Below are positions 28,362 to 37,478 of a stretch of 64,000 bases of DNA, piece by piece. Position 1 is the first letter of the stretch. Each line of letters opens with the position of its first letter. This DNA is from Limosilactobacillus sp. (GTDB lineage Bacteria > Bacillota > Bacilli > Lactobacillales > Lactobacillaceae): contig NZ_JAXGYB010000002.1 in assembly GCF_040772465.1 (NCBI RefSeq), forward strand, positions 93,397 to 157,396. The letters run 5' to 3'. The notes under the pieces were generated by a model. The model made no database searches and had not been told where the DNA came from. It saw only the letters and a program-made list of their open reading frames with translations. The translations under genes were made by a program, and so were the position numbers.

Positions 28362-29039
28362 TTAAGCACGAGCTTTTTTGATAATTGCCGCAATCTTGTC
28401 CGTCACCTGAGCAATAGACAGGCTCGTCGTGTCGATTTCTGTCGCATCCTCTGCTTTTTTCAATGGAGAAACTTTACGGGTTGAATCCTTCTGGTCACGT
28501 AATTTAATGGCTTTTTCGATTTCTTCCAAAGGGGCGGTTGGAATGCCCTTTTGAACATTTTCACGATACCGCCGAAGGGCACGTTCGTGCGCAGTAGCAA
28601 CGAGGAAAATTTTAACTTGGGCATCTGGGAGGACAGTGGTTCCGATATCACGACCGTCCATCACAATTCCGCCCCGACTTGCAATCTGACGTTGTTGTTT
28701 AGTCATCTCGGCCCTCACAGCGGGGATCGCTGCTACCGTCGAAACATTAGCACTGACCTCTGCTTCCCGAATTTGGCGAGTCACATCTTGGCCATCGATG
28801 AAAACTAACTGGTCAGGATCACCGGGCTTAAAGCTAATCGTAATGCTTTGTGCAAGTGCAATAACAGCTTCGTTATCCTGTAAATCAATTTTGTGGCGAA
28901 GAGCCGCTAGCGTAACGGAACGATACATCGCACCCGTATCGCAATAAACATAGTTAAATCGTTTAGCAAGCAGTTTTGCAACGGTACTCTTACCTGAGGA
29001 AGCCGGCCCATCGATCGCTACTTGAATTTTTTCTGTCAA
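28362..29039 (-). CDS. cmk: cytidylate kinase
   Basis: 225 aa with a TTG start 8 nt after AAGGAG. P-loop is IAIDGPASSGKST. cmk-rpsA synteny is present. Confidence 0.93.
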   Translation of the reverse strand: MTEKIQVAIDGPASSGKSTVAKLLAKRFNYVYCDTGAMYRSVTLAALRHKIDLQDNEAVIALAQSITISFKPGDPDQLVFIDGQDVTRQIREAEVSANVSTVAAIPAVRAEMTKQQRQIASRGGIVMDGRDIGTTVLPDAQVKIFLVATAHERALRRYRENVQKGIPTAPLEEIEKAIKLRDQKDSTRKVSPLKKAEDATEIDTTSLSIAQVTDKIAAIIKKARA

Positions 29040-29053
29040 AATACCAAACTCCT

Positions 29054-29629
29054 TTATTTAACACGCAGACGTTGACCAGGATGCAACGGGGTCGATGGTG
29101 AAATATTATTGAGCCTTGCTAACTCTTGGACAGTTAGACCGTTGTTAACAGCTACCCGGTAAATCCCCTGTCCCGATTCAACCGTTGCATACTGGCTATT
29201 GGATCTGCTGCTAGTTGAACTGGATGAGCTCATTGTCGAACTCGATACCGACTGTGAACTCACATTTGCATTCGATTCTTGGCTACTGTGGTGCTTGCGT
29301 TCCTTGCTTGATTTGGTTTGAGTCTTATGTTTAGGCTGTTTAGACTTACTCGCCCTACTGCTGGTGCTTTTAGAACGCGCAACTCGTTCACTTCGTACCG
29401 GATGATTAAAAGACTGTTGGTGGTGGACCCAAAAAATTACCGGGGCCGCCGCTAGGATAATAATAATCAGTACTAAAACGGTCGTGATCATCGAATTATG
29501 TGAATCACGTTTACGATGTTCAGTTCGTGATAAGTGACCGTCCTGACCCATGTCAGGATCATCAGTGAAAGTCTTATCCCAGAGCTTATCACCATCGTGG
29601 TGTTGATCTTCGCGTCGTTCGCTCATCAA
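29054..29629 (-). CDS. LysM peptidoglycan-binding domain protein, membrane-anchored, Ser-rich linker
   Basis: 191 aa with one TM helix (MITTVLVLIIIILAAAPVIFWV). Has a poly-Ser/Lys low-complexity linker. The C-terminal LysM is YRVAVNNGLTVQELARLNNISPSTPLHPGQRLRV. Confidence 0.85.
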   Translation of the reverse strand: MMSERREDQHHDGDKLWDKTFTDDPDMGQDGHLSRTEHRKRDSHNSMITTVLVLIIIILAAAPVIFWVHHQQSFNHPVRSERVARSKSTSSRASKSKQPKHKTQTKSSKERKHHSSQESNANVSSQSVSSSTMSSSSSTSSRSNSQYATVESGQGIYRVAVNNGLTVQELARLNNISPSTPLHPGQRLRVK

Positions 29630-29703
29630 TCAATTCCTCCTCAAAAACACTTTAAAATAAATTGTAGCGCACTTAAACAAATAATGTCCACTGTATTCGC
29701 AAC

Positions 29704-31152
29704 TTAGAAAAACAGTTTTTTTAACCGTTCTTGCCAATCTAACGCACCTGATTTTAGTTCTTTTTTGCTGGTACTTGCTGGCAACGACATCTTACCTAAC
29801 CAGTCTGGCTGATGAATGGAGCAGCACCATTTTAGCGTTTTGCTAGAGTCATTCTCACCAAAAGCTTCTAAAAGAAAATCTCGCTTGCAGGTCTCTGACT
29901 TGACATAATCCAACATTTGCCAAACTTGTTGGGATGAATTACTCCATCTTTTCTTAAAAAATAAAGCGATGTCTTCGGGATTCATTCCGTGATCAAGGTA
30001 AAAACTAATGACATCCCCGTCACGTCCCAAATCACTAGCCTTAATTTGGCGGTGGAGATAAGCCTTCATCAAAGATGCAGAAGGAACATCAGTTGATTGC
30101 AGCTGCAGTGCCAGCTGTTCATCCCCTGGTGCGTAGAGCAAAACAGCAGCGGCTTGTTTCCCATCACGACCAGCCCGGCCAATTTCCTGGACATAACTAG
30201 TTAGGGATGGTGGCATGTGATAATGCAGAACGTAACGAATATTATCCTTGTCGATGCCCATTCCAAAAGCACTAGTTGCGCAAATGACATCCAGATCACC
30301 ATTCATAAATTGTTGTTGGATCCTATAACGCTCTATCGCTGAAATACCAGCATGATAAGCGGCTACGGTCAACTTAAATTGTGTAGATAGCCACTGTGCA
30401 AGTTCACTAGCGAGACGGCGACTGGAAAAATAAACGACCCCGCTCGGTCCCAAGCTTTTAATATAATCTAGTAATTTTTGCCGTTTGTCCTGAACAGATT
30501 GGCACTGCTCAACTGCCAAAAAAATATTGGGTCGATTCACCGAACGAATAACACGGTGGACATCTGATAAATGCAGGCTGTGGCAAATATCGTCAGCAAC
30601 AGCGGCAGAAGCAGTCGCTGTCAACATTAACGTCGTCGGGTGGCCTAATGTTCTTAACACATCCCCCAAAAGCAGATATTCTGGGCGAAAATCAGGTCCC
30701 CACTGTGAGATGCAATGGGCTTCATCGATAACAAACAATGCAATTCTAGCCCTCTGCAAGCCTTTGAGCACCGGCACAGTATTGAGCATTTCGGGAGAAA
30801 CAAAAATAAAGTGAAACGTTGTTAGACGTCTTAAGACATCCGTCTTTTCCCGCTTTGATAATAAAGAACTGAGAACAACAACGTGCTTTTCACCCCGCAA
30901 ACGCAAACGATTTTCCTGATCCTGCATTAAAGAAATCAGTGGTGATACAACCACAATCGTCCCGTCCAATAAACAAGCGGGCAATTGATAGAGCAAGCTT
31001 TTGCCTGCCCCCGTCGGTAAAACCGCTAATGTATCTTGCCCCGCCATCACAAAGCGCAAAGTAGCTAACTGACCAGGGCGAAATGAGCGATAGCCAAAGT
31101 AATGCGTCAGAGCGCTTTTTAACTGAGAATCACTAAACACGTTCTTCGCCAC
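29704..31152 (-). CDS. recS: RecQ-family ATP-dependent DNA helicase (RecS-like, short form)
   Basis: 482 aa with a probable GTG start. Contains Walker A LPTGAGKSL, DEAH box VIDEAHCISQWGPDFR, and ATSAFGMGIDK. Overlaps the upstream ypbB-like gene by 20 nt, as the ypbB-recS pair does in Bacillus. Confidence 0.88.
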   Translation of the reverse strand: MAKNVFSDSQLKSALTHYFGYRSFRPGQLATLRFVMAGQDTLAVLPTGAGKSLLYQLPACLLDGTIVVVSPLISLMQDQENRLRLRGEKHVVVLSSLLSKREKTDVLRRLTTFHFIFVSPEMLNTVPVLKGLQRARIALFVIDEAHCISQWGPDFRPEYLLLGDVLRTLGHPTTLMLTATASAAVADDICHSLHLSDVHRVIRSVNRPNIFLAVEQCQSVQDKRQKLLDYIKSLGPSGVVYFSSRRLASELAQWLSTQFKLTVAAYHAGISAIERYRIQQQFMNGDLDVICATSAFGMGIDKDNIRYVLHYHMPPSLTSYVQEIGRAGRDGKQAAAVLLYAPGDEQLALQLQSTDVPSASLMKAYLHRQIKASDLGRDGDVISFYLDHGMNPEDIALFFKKRWSNSSQQVWQMLDYVKSETCKRDFLLEAFGENDSSKTLKWCCSIHQPDWLGKMSLPASTSKKELKSGALDWQERLKKLFF

Positions 31153-32248
31153 TTTTCAAAATTTGGTAAGCCCGGAACTCAAAAAATGCTGCTGCATTGT
31201 CCTGACCGGAAACTGCCTGAAAACGCCAATGATCTACTGGGCCCGCGTACTGGTGACTGAGCTGCTGGATTAATTTTTCACCAAGCAGCTGCTGCAAGTT
31301 GACGCAGCCAGGTACCAGAATGGCAGCCTGCAATAAATGTTCCCGAATCGTCGATACTTTTAGCCTGCGTCTCTTGGCAATTGTTTCAACAGTAATCCCT
31401 TGCTGAAACAGTTTTAAGGTCTGGCTAGTGGTGAAATTAAGCGGTGAAGCGGGAACTAACGACCGGCACAAATGGGCTAAGGGTCCATCATCTTGTAAAA
31501 TCATCCGACCAACACCAGCCCATAAATCCCGCTGCATCACTGGTAATTCCATCGGCAATACTTCCAGTCTCTGTAATGCATCCTGGTCAGTCCACCCAAT
31601 CTGACCAAAGCCCGGCAACTGATAAACTAATAGCGTGGCTAAACGCATATCAGTTCTTGCCAGTTCATTTCCCCAGTTGAAGACTTCTTGGTAAACCCCA
31701 TGGCATAGCTGTTCTAGTGGTTGCTTCAACCAGGCATGAACTACACCTAATTCTGATGGTGAATTCGTGATCGGGACATAACGATAATGGTGGTGGGCCA
31801 ACTGACTAACCGCCTGAACTCCTAACCACAGACGTAAAGGTAAAAGGGGATTATCACCTGTCCAGGACCATCGACCATAATGGGGCCAATAGTGTTGCCG
31901 TTTGAAATCACGGACCTTTGCTCGCCCCTGCTGGCTTAATTTGGCAGTCGCCTGTTGAGCATCAACAACTAATAAGCCCTGTTTAGCATATGTCTTTAAT
32001 TGCTGATCAAAGTGCTCACGTGTCAAGTGGGGCGCGGCCCGTAACCAATCCAGAATTCCATACTGCTGTCCCCAAAATAAAATGGCGACAGTACGGCGAC
32101 CACGTAAAATCCCTTCAATGACCCGGTAATGACGCGGTTTTTCAGCAAAAAGGGTCAATAAATAATTAATAGTGGTCACCCCCCTTAGATAAAAAACGAA
32201 CTCATACATTATAAAAGACATGGCCACAATGTGCCATGCCTTTAACAT
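31133..32248 (-). CDS. YpbB-like helicase-associated HTH protein (start uncertain)
   Basis: 371-aa ORF paired and overlapping with the RecQ-family gene. Has a C-terminal HTH-like segment (TVETIAKRRRLKVSTIREHL). Candidate ATGs lie at 32248, 32221 and 32209, and none has a strong SD. Confidence 0.7.
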   Translation of the reverse strand: MLKAWHIVAMSFIMYEFVFYLRGVTTINYLLTLFAEKPRHYRVIEGILRGRRTVAILFWGQQYGILDWLRAAPHLTREHFDQQLKTYAKQGLLVVDAQQATAKLSQQGRAKVRDFKRQHYWPHYGRWSWTGDNPLLPLRLWLGVQAVSQLAHHHYRYVPITNSPSELGVVHAWLKQPLEQLCHGVYQEVFNWGNELARTDMRLATLLVYQLPGFGQIGWTDQDALQRLEVLPMELPVMQRDLWAGVGRMILQDDGPLAHLCRSLVPASPLNFTTSQTLKLFQQGITVETIAKRRRLKVSTIREHLLQAAILVPGCVNLQQLLGEKLIQQLSHQYAGPVDHWRFQAVSGQDNAAAFFEFRAYQILKSGEERV

Positions 32249-32830
32249 TTACTTTAGGTTAAATTTTTGTGTAATTCTAGCTGGCAAGTGAACCGCCAAC
32301 AATACAAATACCACCCCAATGATGATCCCCTTGATCAGATTGAATGGAACAACCCCAAACAAAACTAATTGAGGAATGGGCAGCGTTGGTTTCCAATCCC
32401 AGATTTTCATATAAATTGGTGTGAGAACGAATAAGTTGAGGAGGGCCATCACGATAGTCATTGAAATCGTAGCAGCCACCATCCCCTTAGCCATTGCTTT
32501 GCCGTCCGGTTGGGCCGCCTTTTTGATCACCATGGCAAACGGGATCACCATGGCAACTGCAGCTAAGAAATCACTGCCACTGCCCAACAATGTCCCTACA
32601 GATAAGCCATAAACAACCGCGTGCAGCAAGGCTTTAATAGCCGCGACACCAATTCCCATTCCCGGGCCATACAAGATCGTACCCAACAGAACCGGCACGT
32701 CTGAAAAATCAACTTTCAAGTATGGTGCAATCGGAATCACCGGAAATTCAAAGAGCATTAAGATAAAACCCAAAGCTCCTAAACAGCCCAACATTGCGAC
32801 CTGACGAACACGAACATTTTTATCTTTCAT
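32249..32830 (-). CDS. ribU: riboflavin transporter RibU (ECF S component)
   Basis: Start trimmed to MKDKNVRVRQVAMLG (ATG at 32830, 7 nt after AGGAGGT). 193 aa with about 6 TM helices. Preceded by an FMN riboswitch. Confidence 0.9.
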   Translation of the reverse strand: MKDKNVRVRQVAMLGCLGALGFILMLFEFPVIPIAPYLKVDFSDVPVLLGTILYGPGMGIGVAAIKALLHAVVYGLSVGTLLGSGSDFLAAVAMVIPFAMVIKKAAQPDGKAMAKGMVAATISMTIVMALLNLFVLTPIYMKIWDWKPTLPIPQLVLFGVVPFNLIKGIIIGVVFVLLAVHLPARITQKFNLK

Positions 32831-32870
32831 CAATATAACCTCCTATGAGGTTATCTCCAAGTTTAACCAA

Positions 32871-32902
32871 TCAAAAAGCCGCTGAATCTTATCTTCAGCG
32901 GC
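32871..32902 (-). terminator. expression-platform terminator of the FMN riboswitch
   Basis: The minus strand reads GCCGCTGAA-gataaga-TTCAGCGGC followed by TTTTTGA. It lies between the aptamer and the ribU SD. Confidence 0.8.
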
Positions 32903-32931
32903 TTTTAATCATGGTTTCGTAATTAAACAAA

Positions 32932-33046
32932 ATCTTCTGCTTACCAGACTATACTGTCGGCATCGGAATTTCACCGAATCAACCGTTCACACGGGTTGCG
33001 GGCTATAACCGCCGGTCGGGAATCACACCCTGCCTTGAAGATAAAC
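32932..33046 (-). promoter_or_regulatory. FMN riboswitch (RFN element, Rfam RF00050 class)
   Basis: The reverse strand reads TTATCTTCAAGGCAGGGTGTGATTCCCGACCGGCGGTTATAGCCCGCAACCCGTGTGAACGGTTGATTCGGTGAAATTCCGATGCCGACAGTATAGTCTGGTAAGCAGAAGA. This carries all hallmark RFN blocks: GGGCAGGGTG-AATTCCCGACCGGCGGT, GGTGAAATTCC, GCCGACAGTATAGTCTGGA. Confidence 0.9.
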
Positions 33047-33072
33047 CTAACTTATTTTTTGTTCGCAACTTT

Positions 33073-33081
33073 AGTATATCA
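33073..33081 (-). promoter_or_regulatory. candidate extended -10 (TGaTATACT) for the riboswitch-ribU transcript
   Basis: Read on the reverse strand about 25 nt upstream of the aptamer. The -35 is poor. Confidence 0.4.
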
Positions 33082-33098
33082 CGAAGCACCCAAGAAGA

Positions 33099-33821
33099 CT
33101 AGAGCTTGCGTAAAGCTTCTACCTCCGCGGTTCTCAATTTACGAAATTGCCCCGGCATCAAACCATGCAAATTCAAAAAAGCATAACGTTCCCGATGCAA
33201 CTTGGTCACCGGATGACCCACGGCAGCAAACATTCGCTTCACTTGGTGGTAATGACCCTCGTGGATTGTGATTCGCACAATACACGTCTTTTTTTCATGA
33301 TCCGTTTCTTCCAAACGCGGGTGGGCTTCATGGGTAAGACGTCCGTCAATCATCACACCCTGGCGTAACTTTTTCATCTCTTCGTTTGTGATGATTCCCT
33401 TGAGCTTGGCCACGTATGTCTTATCAACCTCAAAACGGGGATGCATTAGTTTGTTTGCCAAAGCTCCATCATTAGTCATCAACAAAGCACCGGTCGTATC
33501 GTAATCAAGACGACCAACGGGATAAACACGCTGACTAACGCCGCCATCCTTGAGAATATCAACGACGGTCCGTCTTCCCTTTTCATCGTGAGCAGAAGAG
33601 ATCACTTCCCTTGGTTTATCCAAGAGGTAGTATTCCAGCTGCTCCTTTTCGATTGGAACCCCGTCGACCTTGATCTCATCTTGGGAAGAAACCTTTACAC
33701 CCTGTTCACGAACTACTTGACCATTGACCTCAACCCGACCGGCAGCAATGATCTTTTCTGACTGGCGACGGGAAGCAATTCCCGCCTCAGCCATCACTTT
33801 TTGCAATCTTTCCTTTGCCAT
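33099..33821 (-). CDS. rluB: rRNA pseudouridine synthase (RluB/RsuA family)
   Basis: 240 aa with an N-terminal S4 domain (RLQKVMAEAGIASRRQSEKII). The catalytic block is VGRLDYDTTGALLMTNDG. Confidence 0.9.
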   Translation of the reverse strand: MAKERLQKVMAEAGIASRRQSEKIIAAGRVEVNGQVVREQGVKVSSQDEIKVDGVPIEKEQLEYYLLDKPREVISSAHDEKGRRTVVDILKDGGVSQRVYPVGRLDYDTTGALLMTNDGALANKLMHPRFEVDKTYVAKLKGIITNEEMKKLRQGVMIDGRLTHEAHPRLEETDHEKKTCIVRITIHEGHYHQVKRMFAAVGHPVTKLHRERYAFLNLHGLMPGQFRKLRTAEVEALRKL

Positions 33822-33825
33822 GTTT

Positions 33826-34419
33826 TTAATCTCTTTTCTGTTGGCTCTGACGACGCTTTAGTGCCTGCATAAAGATATCACTATCGTAATTGGCAAGGTC
33901 ATCAGGCAAATCATTCTTTTCCAGTGGCGGAAGGTCATCCAGCGACTGAAGGCCAAAGTAATCTAAAAATTTATCAGTAGTCACGTATTTGAAGGGCCTT
34001 CCAGGGGCATCCAAACGACCAGCCGTTTTGACTAAGCCACGAACCGTCAATTTCTGCAAAGACCCTGAACTTTGAACTCCCCGGATATCATCAATTTCAA
34101 TTCGGGTCAGTGGCTGCTTGTAGGCCACAATGGCCAATACTTCCAACAATGCATTGCTCAGCGGGACAGTCAAAGGCACTTCAAAATAGTGCTTCATCAA
34201 CGGAGCAAGCTCGGGCTTAGTCGCTAGTCGATAATTTTGTCCTGAATCAAGCAGGACGATAGCAGAATCTGGATCATCTTGATATTTAGTCTGCAATTTT
34301 TTTAACATTGCCAGGACCGCGGGCTTCATAAAACCAGTGACCCGGCTCAAATCGCCTAAGCTAATGCCCTGATCACCACTGATGAATAATAAGGCTTCTA
34401 CTTGTGACAAGTTGGTCAT
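33826..34419 (-). CDS. scpB: segregation and condensation protein B
   Basis: 197 aa with N-terminus EALLFISGDQGISL. ATGA overlap with scpA. Confidence 0.92.
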   Translation of the reverse strand: MTNLSQVEALLFISGDQGISLGDLSRVTGFMKPAVLAMLKKLQTKYQDDPDSAIVLLDSGQNYRLATKPELAPLMKHYFEVPLTVPLSNALLEVLAIVAYKQPLTRIEIDDIRGVQSSGSLQKLTVRGLVKTAGRLDAPGRPFKYVTTDKFLDYFGLQSLDDLPPLEKNDLPDDLANYDSDIFMQALKRRQSQQKRD

Positions 34420-35180
34420 TGCTCTCCACCCTTCTTCACTAGCGCGACAATCAACGGTTTAAACAAGCCCGCTTGGGAAATAAAAACCTGGCCATGCTTG
34501 CTCATATCCAGAATAGCCAAAAAAGTCGTAACAAGGTTTTCCCGGGAAGCCTGATCGGCAAATAAGTCGACGAACCGAGCCGGCCCTTTTTCTAGCTGCT
34601 GATGCACTGAATGAATGCGATCTTCCACGGTAATCCGTTCGGCTTTCACCGTTCCTGCCATTGGTTTTTCAATCACGTGGCGTTTCAGAACGTCGGCAAA
34701 TGCCGCCTTCAATTGATCGAGTGTCACCCCAGGAGCGACGTGAGCACTAACCATCCCCTCCGGAACGGTCATGGCTTCCCTGGTATACTCACGGGAACGT
34801 AAATTCTCTTTATCTTTTAGCTTGCCGGCGGCCTCTTTATATCGCTGGTATTCTAAAAGGCTTTGGATTAATTCCTCACGGGGATCAGTTTCTTCTTCGG
34901 TGTCGTCAACTTCAACGGGCGGTTTGGGCAGTAGCAGGTTGCTCTTAATACGCATCAACGTTGCAGCCATTACAAAGTAATCACCAGCAATCTCCAGCCG
35001 GTGCTCCCTCATTGTTTTCAAATACGACATGTACTGAGAAGTAATGGGAACAATCTTAATATCAGTTATTGACATTTGATTTTCCCTAATCAAGTGAAGC
35101 AAGAGATCAAGTGGACCTTCAAAGTCCCCTAATTTCAACGTTGGTTGATAAGGATACTTATTGATTACTTCTTGACTCAT
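34416..35180 (-). CDS. scpA: segregation and condensation protein A (kleisin)
   Basis: 254 aa. Contains LKLGDFEGPLDLLLHLIRENQMSI. Confidence 0.92.
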   Translation of the reverse strand: MSQEVINKYPYQPTLKLGDFEGPLDLLLHLIRENQMSITDIKIVPITSQYMSYLKTMREHRLEIAGDYFVMAATLMRIKSNLLLPKPPVEVDDTEEETDPREELIQSLLEYQRYKEAAGKLKDKENLRSREYTREAMTVPEGMVSAHVAPGVTLDQLKAAFADVLKRHVIEKPMAGTVKAERITVEDRIHSVHQQLEKGPARFVDLFADQASRENLVTTFLAILDMSKHGQVFISQAGLFKPLIVALVKKGGEQ

Positions 35181-35532
35181 CCGTTTCCTTCTCCCAGTTA
35201 GTAATAAGCGGTTGCGTATTCAACGTTCCCATCACCCTTTTCCGTGGAAAACGCTGCGCAATCGCGGTCAACATCCCATAAACATTGCGGCCGCTACGTT
35301 CACTCGGGGTGAAGGACAACCACCTAATCAGGACGTAGTTGTCGCCTTCTTCAACGATAGCGACACCTGTGTAGTGGTCTTCATCCTCACTTTGCCACAA
35401 GAAAATTTGTTGACCACTTTGCAAGGACCATTGCATTTCCGCGCGAACTCGCTCAACATCATGCAATTGAGGGGCAAAGGACAAAATCCCCATTACAATT
35501 TTTTCGTAATCTTTTCGGTATACAGTTAACAT
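35158..35532 (-). CDS. ribT: RibT-like GNAT-fold protein
   Basis: Start trimmed to MLTVYRKDYEKIVMGILSF (ATG at 35532, 7 nt after AGGAAGG). 124 aa. By recall, it is collinear with B. subtilis RibT (MLIRYKKSFEKTAMGLLSF...). It keeps the same position upstream of scpA. Confidence 0.75.
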   Translation of the reverse strand: MLTVYRKDYEKIVMGILSFAPQLHDVERVRAEMQWSLQSGQQIFLWQSEDEDHYTGVAIVEEGDNYVLIRWLSFTPSERSGRNVYGMLTAIAQRFPRKRVMGTLNTQPLITNWEKETDESRSNQ

Positions 35533-35544
35533 TGTCAAACCTTC

Positions 35545-36465
35545 CTATGCACGTGGATGATAACGATTATAAACGGCAGACAATCGTTTTCGGGAAACAT
35601 GGGTATAAATCTGGGTAGTCGTTATATCTGCATGTCCCAGTAGTTCTTGCACCACACGCAAATCAGCCCCGTTTTCCAAAAGGTGGGTTGCAAAGCTATG
35701 ACGCAGCGTGTGCGGTGTCACGTCCTTATCTATCCCAGCTGCTAACACATCAGCTTTTAAATTTTTCCACACACCCTGCCGACTTAATTGCCGGCCATGC
35801 GCGTTTAAAAAGACAAACTGGGAACGCTGTTTCTTCAACAATTTAGGACGTACTTGTCTCAAATACTTTTGCAGCCAATCGATGGCCACTTCGCCGATGG
35901 GGATGATACGCTCTTTATCACCCTTACCGCGTGGTTGAATCAAGCCGACTTCCAAATGCAGCTCGCTCAGCGTCAGGTTGATTAATTCACTAACCCGCAC
36001 GCCGGTAGCATACATTACTTCCCACATTGTCCGATCACGAATGCCTAATTTTTTGGTCGTGTCTGGCACCTCTAGTAGAGCTTGCACTTCGTCTTCCGTC
36101 AAAACTGTCGGCAATTTACGCTGTCCTTTCGGTAAAGTTACCAGTTCCAAGGGATCAGAATTAACGATGTGCTGACGCCGTAAATATAGGTAAAACTGCC
36201 GCAAAGTACTGACTAAACGGCTAATGCTTTGTCGCGCCCGCCCCTCATTCTGCAAATGAACTAATAGCTGAAGAACGGCAAAACGATCTACTGACTGCCA
36301 ATCGTTTAGCGCATGCTGCTGAAAATAAGCGGCTGCTTCTATTAAGTCACTGTGATAACTTATGCGGGTATTATCAGCCAGTCCGCGTTGAGATCGTAAA
36401 AATTCATCAAAATCATCAACGGGACCCAGTAAATTCTTCTTAATGGGATTGTGCATTTCCGTCAT
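35545..36465 (-). CDS. xerD: site-specific tyrosine recombinase XerD
   Basis: 306 aa. Contains RDRTMWEVMYATGVRVSE, GKGDKERIIPIG, HTLRHSFATHLL and LLGHADITTTQIYTHV. Confidence 0.9.
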   Translation of the reverse strand: MTEMHNPIKKNLLGPVDDFDEFLRSQRGLADNTRISYHSDLIEAAAYFQQHALNDWQSVDRFAVLQLLVHLQNEGRARQSISRLVSTLRQFYLYLRRQHIVNSDPLELVTLPKGQRKLPTVLTEDEVQALLEVPDTTKKLGIRDRTMWEVMYATGVRVSELINLTLSELHLEVGLIQPRGKGDKERIIPIGEVAIDWLQKYLRQVRPKLLKKQRSQFVFLNAHGRQLSRQGVWKNLKADVLAAGIDKDVTPHTLRHSFATHLLENGADLRVVQELLGHADITTTQIYTHVSRKRLSAVYNRYHPRA

Positions 36466-37339
36466 CTGCTTGTTTCAGCAGTTTCAGCATGCCATCCGCT
36501 TCTTTAACAAGCCCGGCCTTCATCAAGTGCCCAACAGCCCGCTTAAATTGGCCCTTGCTGATGCCAAATTCTTGGCGAATCGCTGCTGGGTCGCTTTTGT
36601 CCGTAAAGGGCAGTTTCCCGTTAATATTATGCTGCAACATCATCAACAGCATTTGCGCATCATCACCAATGGCCTCATAAGCCCGTGGTTTGAGTGACAA
36701 ATTCAGGCTACCATGGCTGGATATGCCAATTACGCGGGCGTTGACCCGTTCTCCCAAACGCGGTTCACGGTCACGCTCACTAGGATGCACAAAGCCCAAT
36801 TGGTAATCGTCAGTCAAAACGTGGGTCCCCGTAATTTTGAGACGGATGACGGTGCCTTGGAGGTTGTGGTTCATTAACTTGGCATCAGGTTTTTTAGCAA
36901 TCGTTTCAAAGAGGTCCTCATCGGCTAATTCGCCCCATAGACGGTCTTTATTGTCCACTTTGAGGTCAATCATCAACCGGTCATTTTCCTGCGGCCATAA
37001 CTCTTTTTGGGCAGGCAGATCATCGCGTGACACCACGATATCTTTATTGGGTAAGCCAATGTCGACAAAAACACCGAGGTCACGACGCACCCGCACAACA
37101 GTCCCGAAGTCGTAATGATCAACTTGAACGGTCGGGATATGCTGGCAAGTCATCTGCAGTTGGTGATTTTCATTTTCATAGACAAAACCACGAACGGATC
37201 CACCAATGTGCAGTACTTGGGGACTCTCAGCTTTTGGTAAACGATAGGTTTGCCCATTGCGGTGTGGTTGAACAAAATAATCCTGGTCATTTTCATCAAT
37301 CATGACGGCAGAAACGACTTTTCCCAGTGCTTGATTCAT
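36440..37339 (-). CDS. cvfB: S1 domain RNA-binding protein (CvfB/YitL family)
   Basis: 299 aa with tandem S1-like repeats and a C-terminal winged-helix-like segment. RBS is AGGAGG. Confidence 0.8.
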   Translation of the reverse strand: MNQALGKVVSAVMIDENDQDYFVQPHRNGQTYRLPKAESPQVLHIGGSVRGFVYENENHQLQMTCQHIPTVQVDHYDFGTVVRVRRDLGVFVDIGLPNKDIVVSRDDLPAQKELWPQENDRLMIDLKVDNKDRLWGELADEDLFETIAKKPDAKLMNHNLQGTVIRLKITGTHVLTDDYQLGFVHPSERDREPRLGERVNARVIGISSHGSLNLSLKPRAYEAIGDDAQMLLMMLQHNINGKLPFTDKSDPAAIRQEFGISKGQFKRAVGHLMKAGLVKEADGMLKLLKQADDGNAQSH

Positions 37340-37419
37340 CCGAATGCCTCCTAGACCTCAATCTTAACCATTACATTTTACACGGCTCTACACTAAAAAC
37401 CAAGTCTGGCCCACTGATT

Positions 37420-37456
37420 GCAAAACAAAAAGAGACCGGGTAACGACCCGATCTCT
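37420..37456 (-). terminator. intrinsic terminator after pyk
   Basis: The minus strand reads AGAGATCGGGT-cgtt-ACCCGGTCTCT followed by TTTTGTTTTG. Confidence 0.85.
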
Positions 37457-37478
37457 AAATTAAGTTGATGCTTAAGGC

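Noticed and set aside
32996-33271. 91-aa plus-strand ORF spanning the ribU-rluB intergenic region
   Set aside because: It overlaps the FMN riboswitch on the opposite strand and the 3' end of rluB. The region is fully explained by the riboswitch.
8561-36465. Three recombinase-type genes within 28 kb, as a possible sign of a prophage or integrative element
   Set aside because: Two are canonical chromosomal XerC- and XerD-type genes in conserved housekeeping contexts (topA-xerC; xerD-ribT-scpAB). No phage, conjugation or IS genes, att repeats or tRNA targets lie nearby. All intervening genes are core functions.
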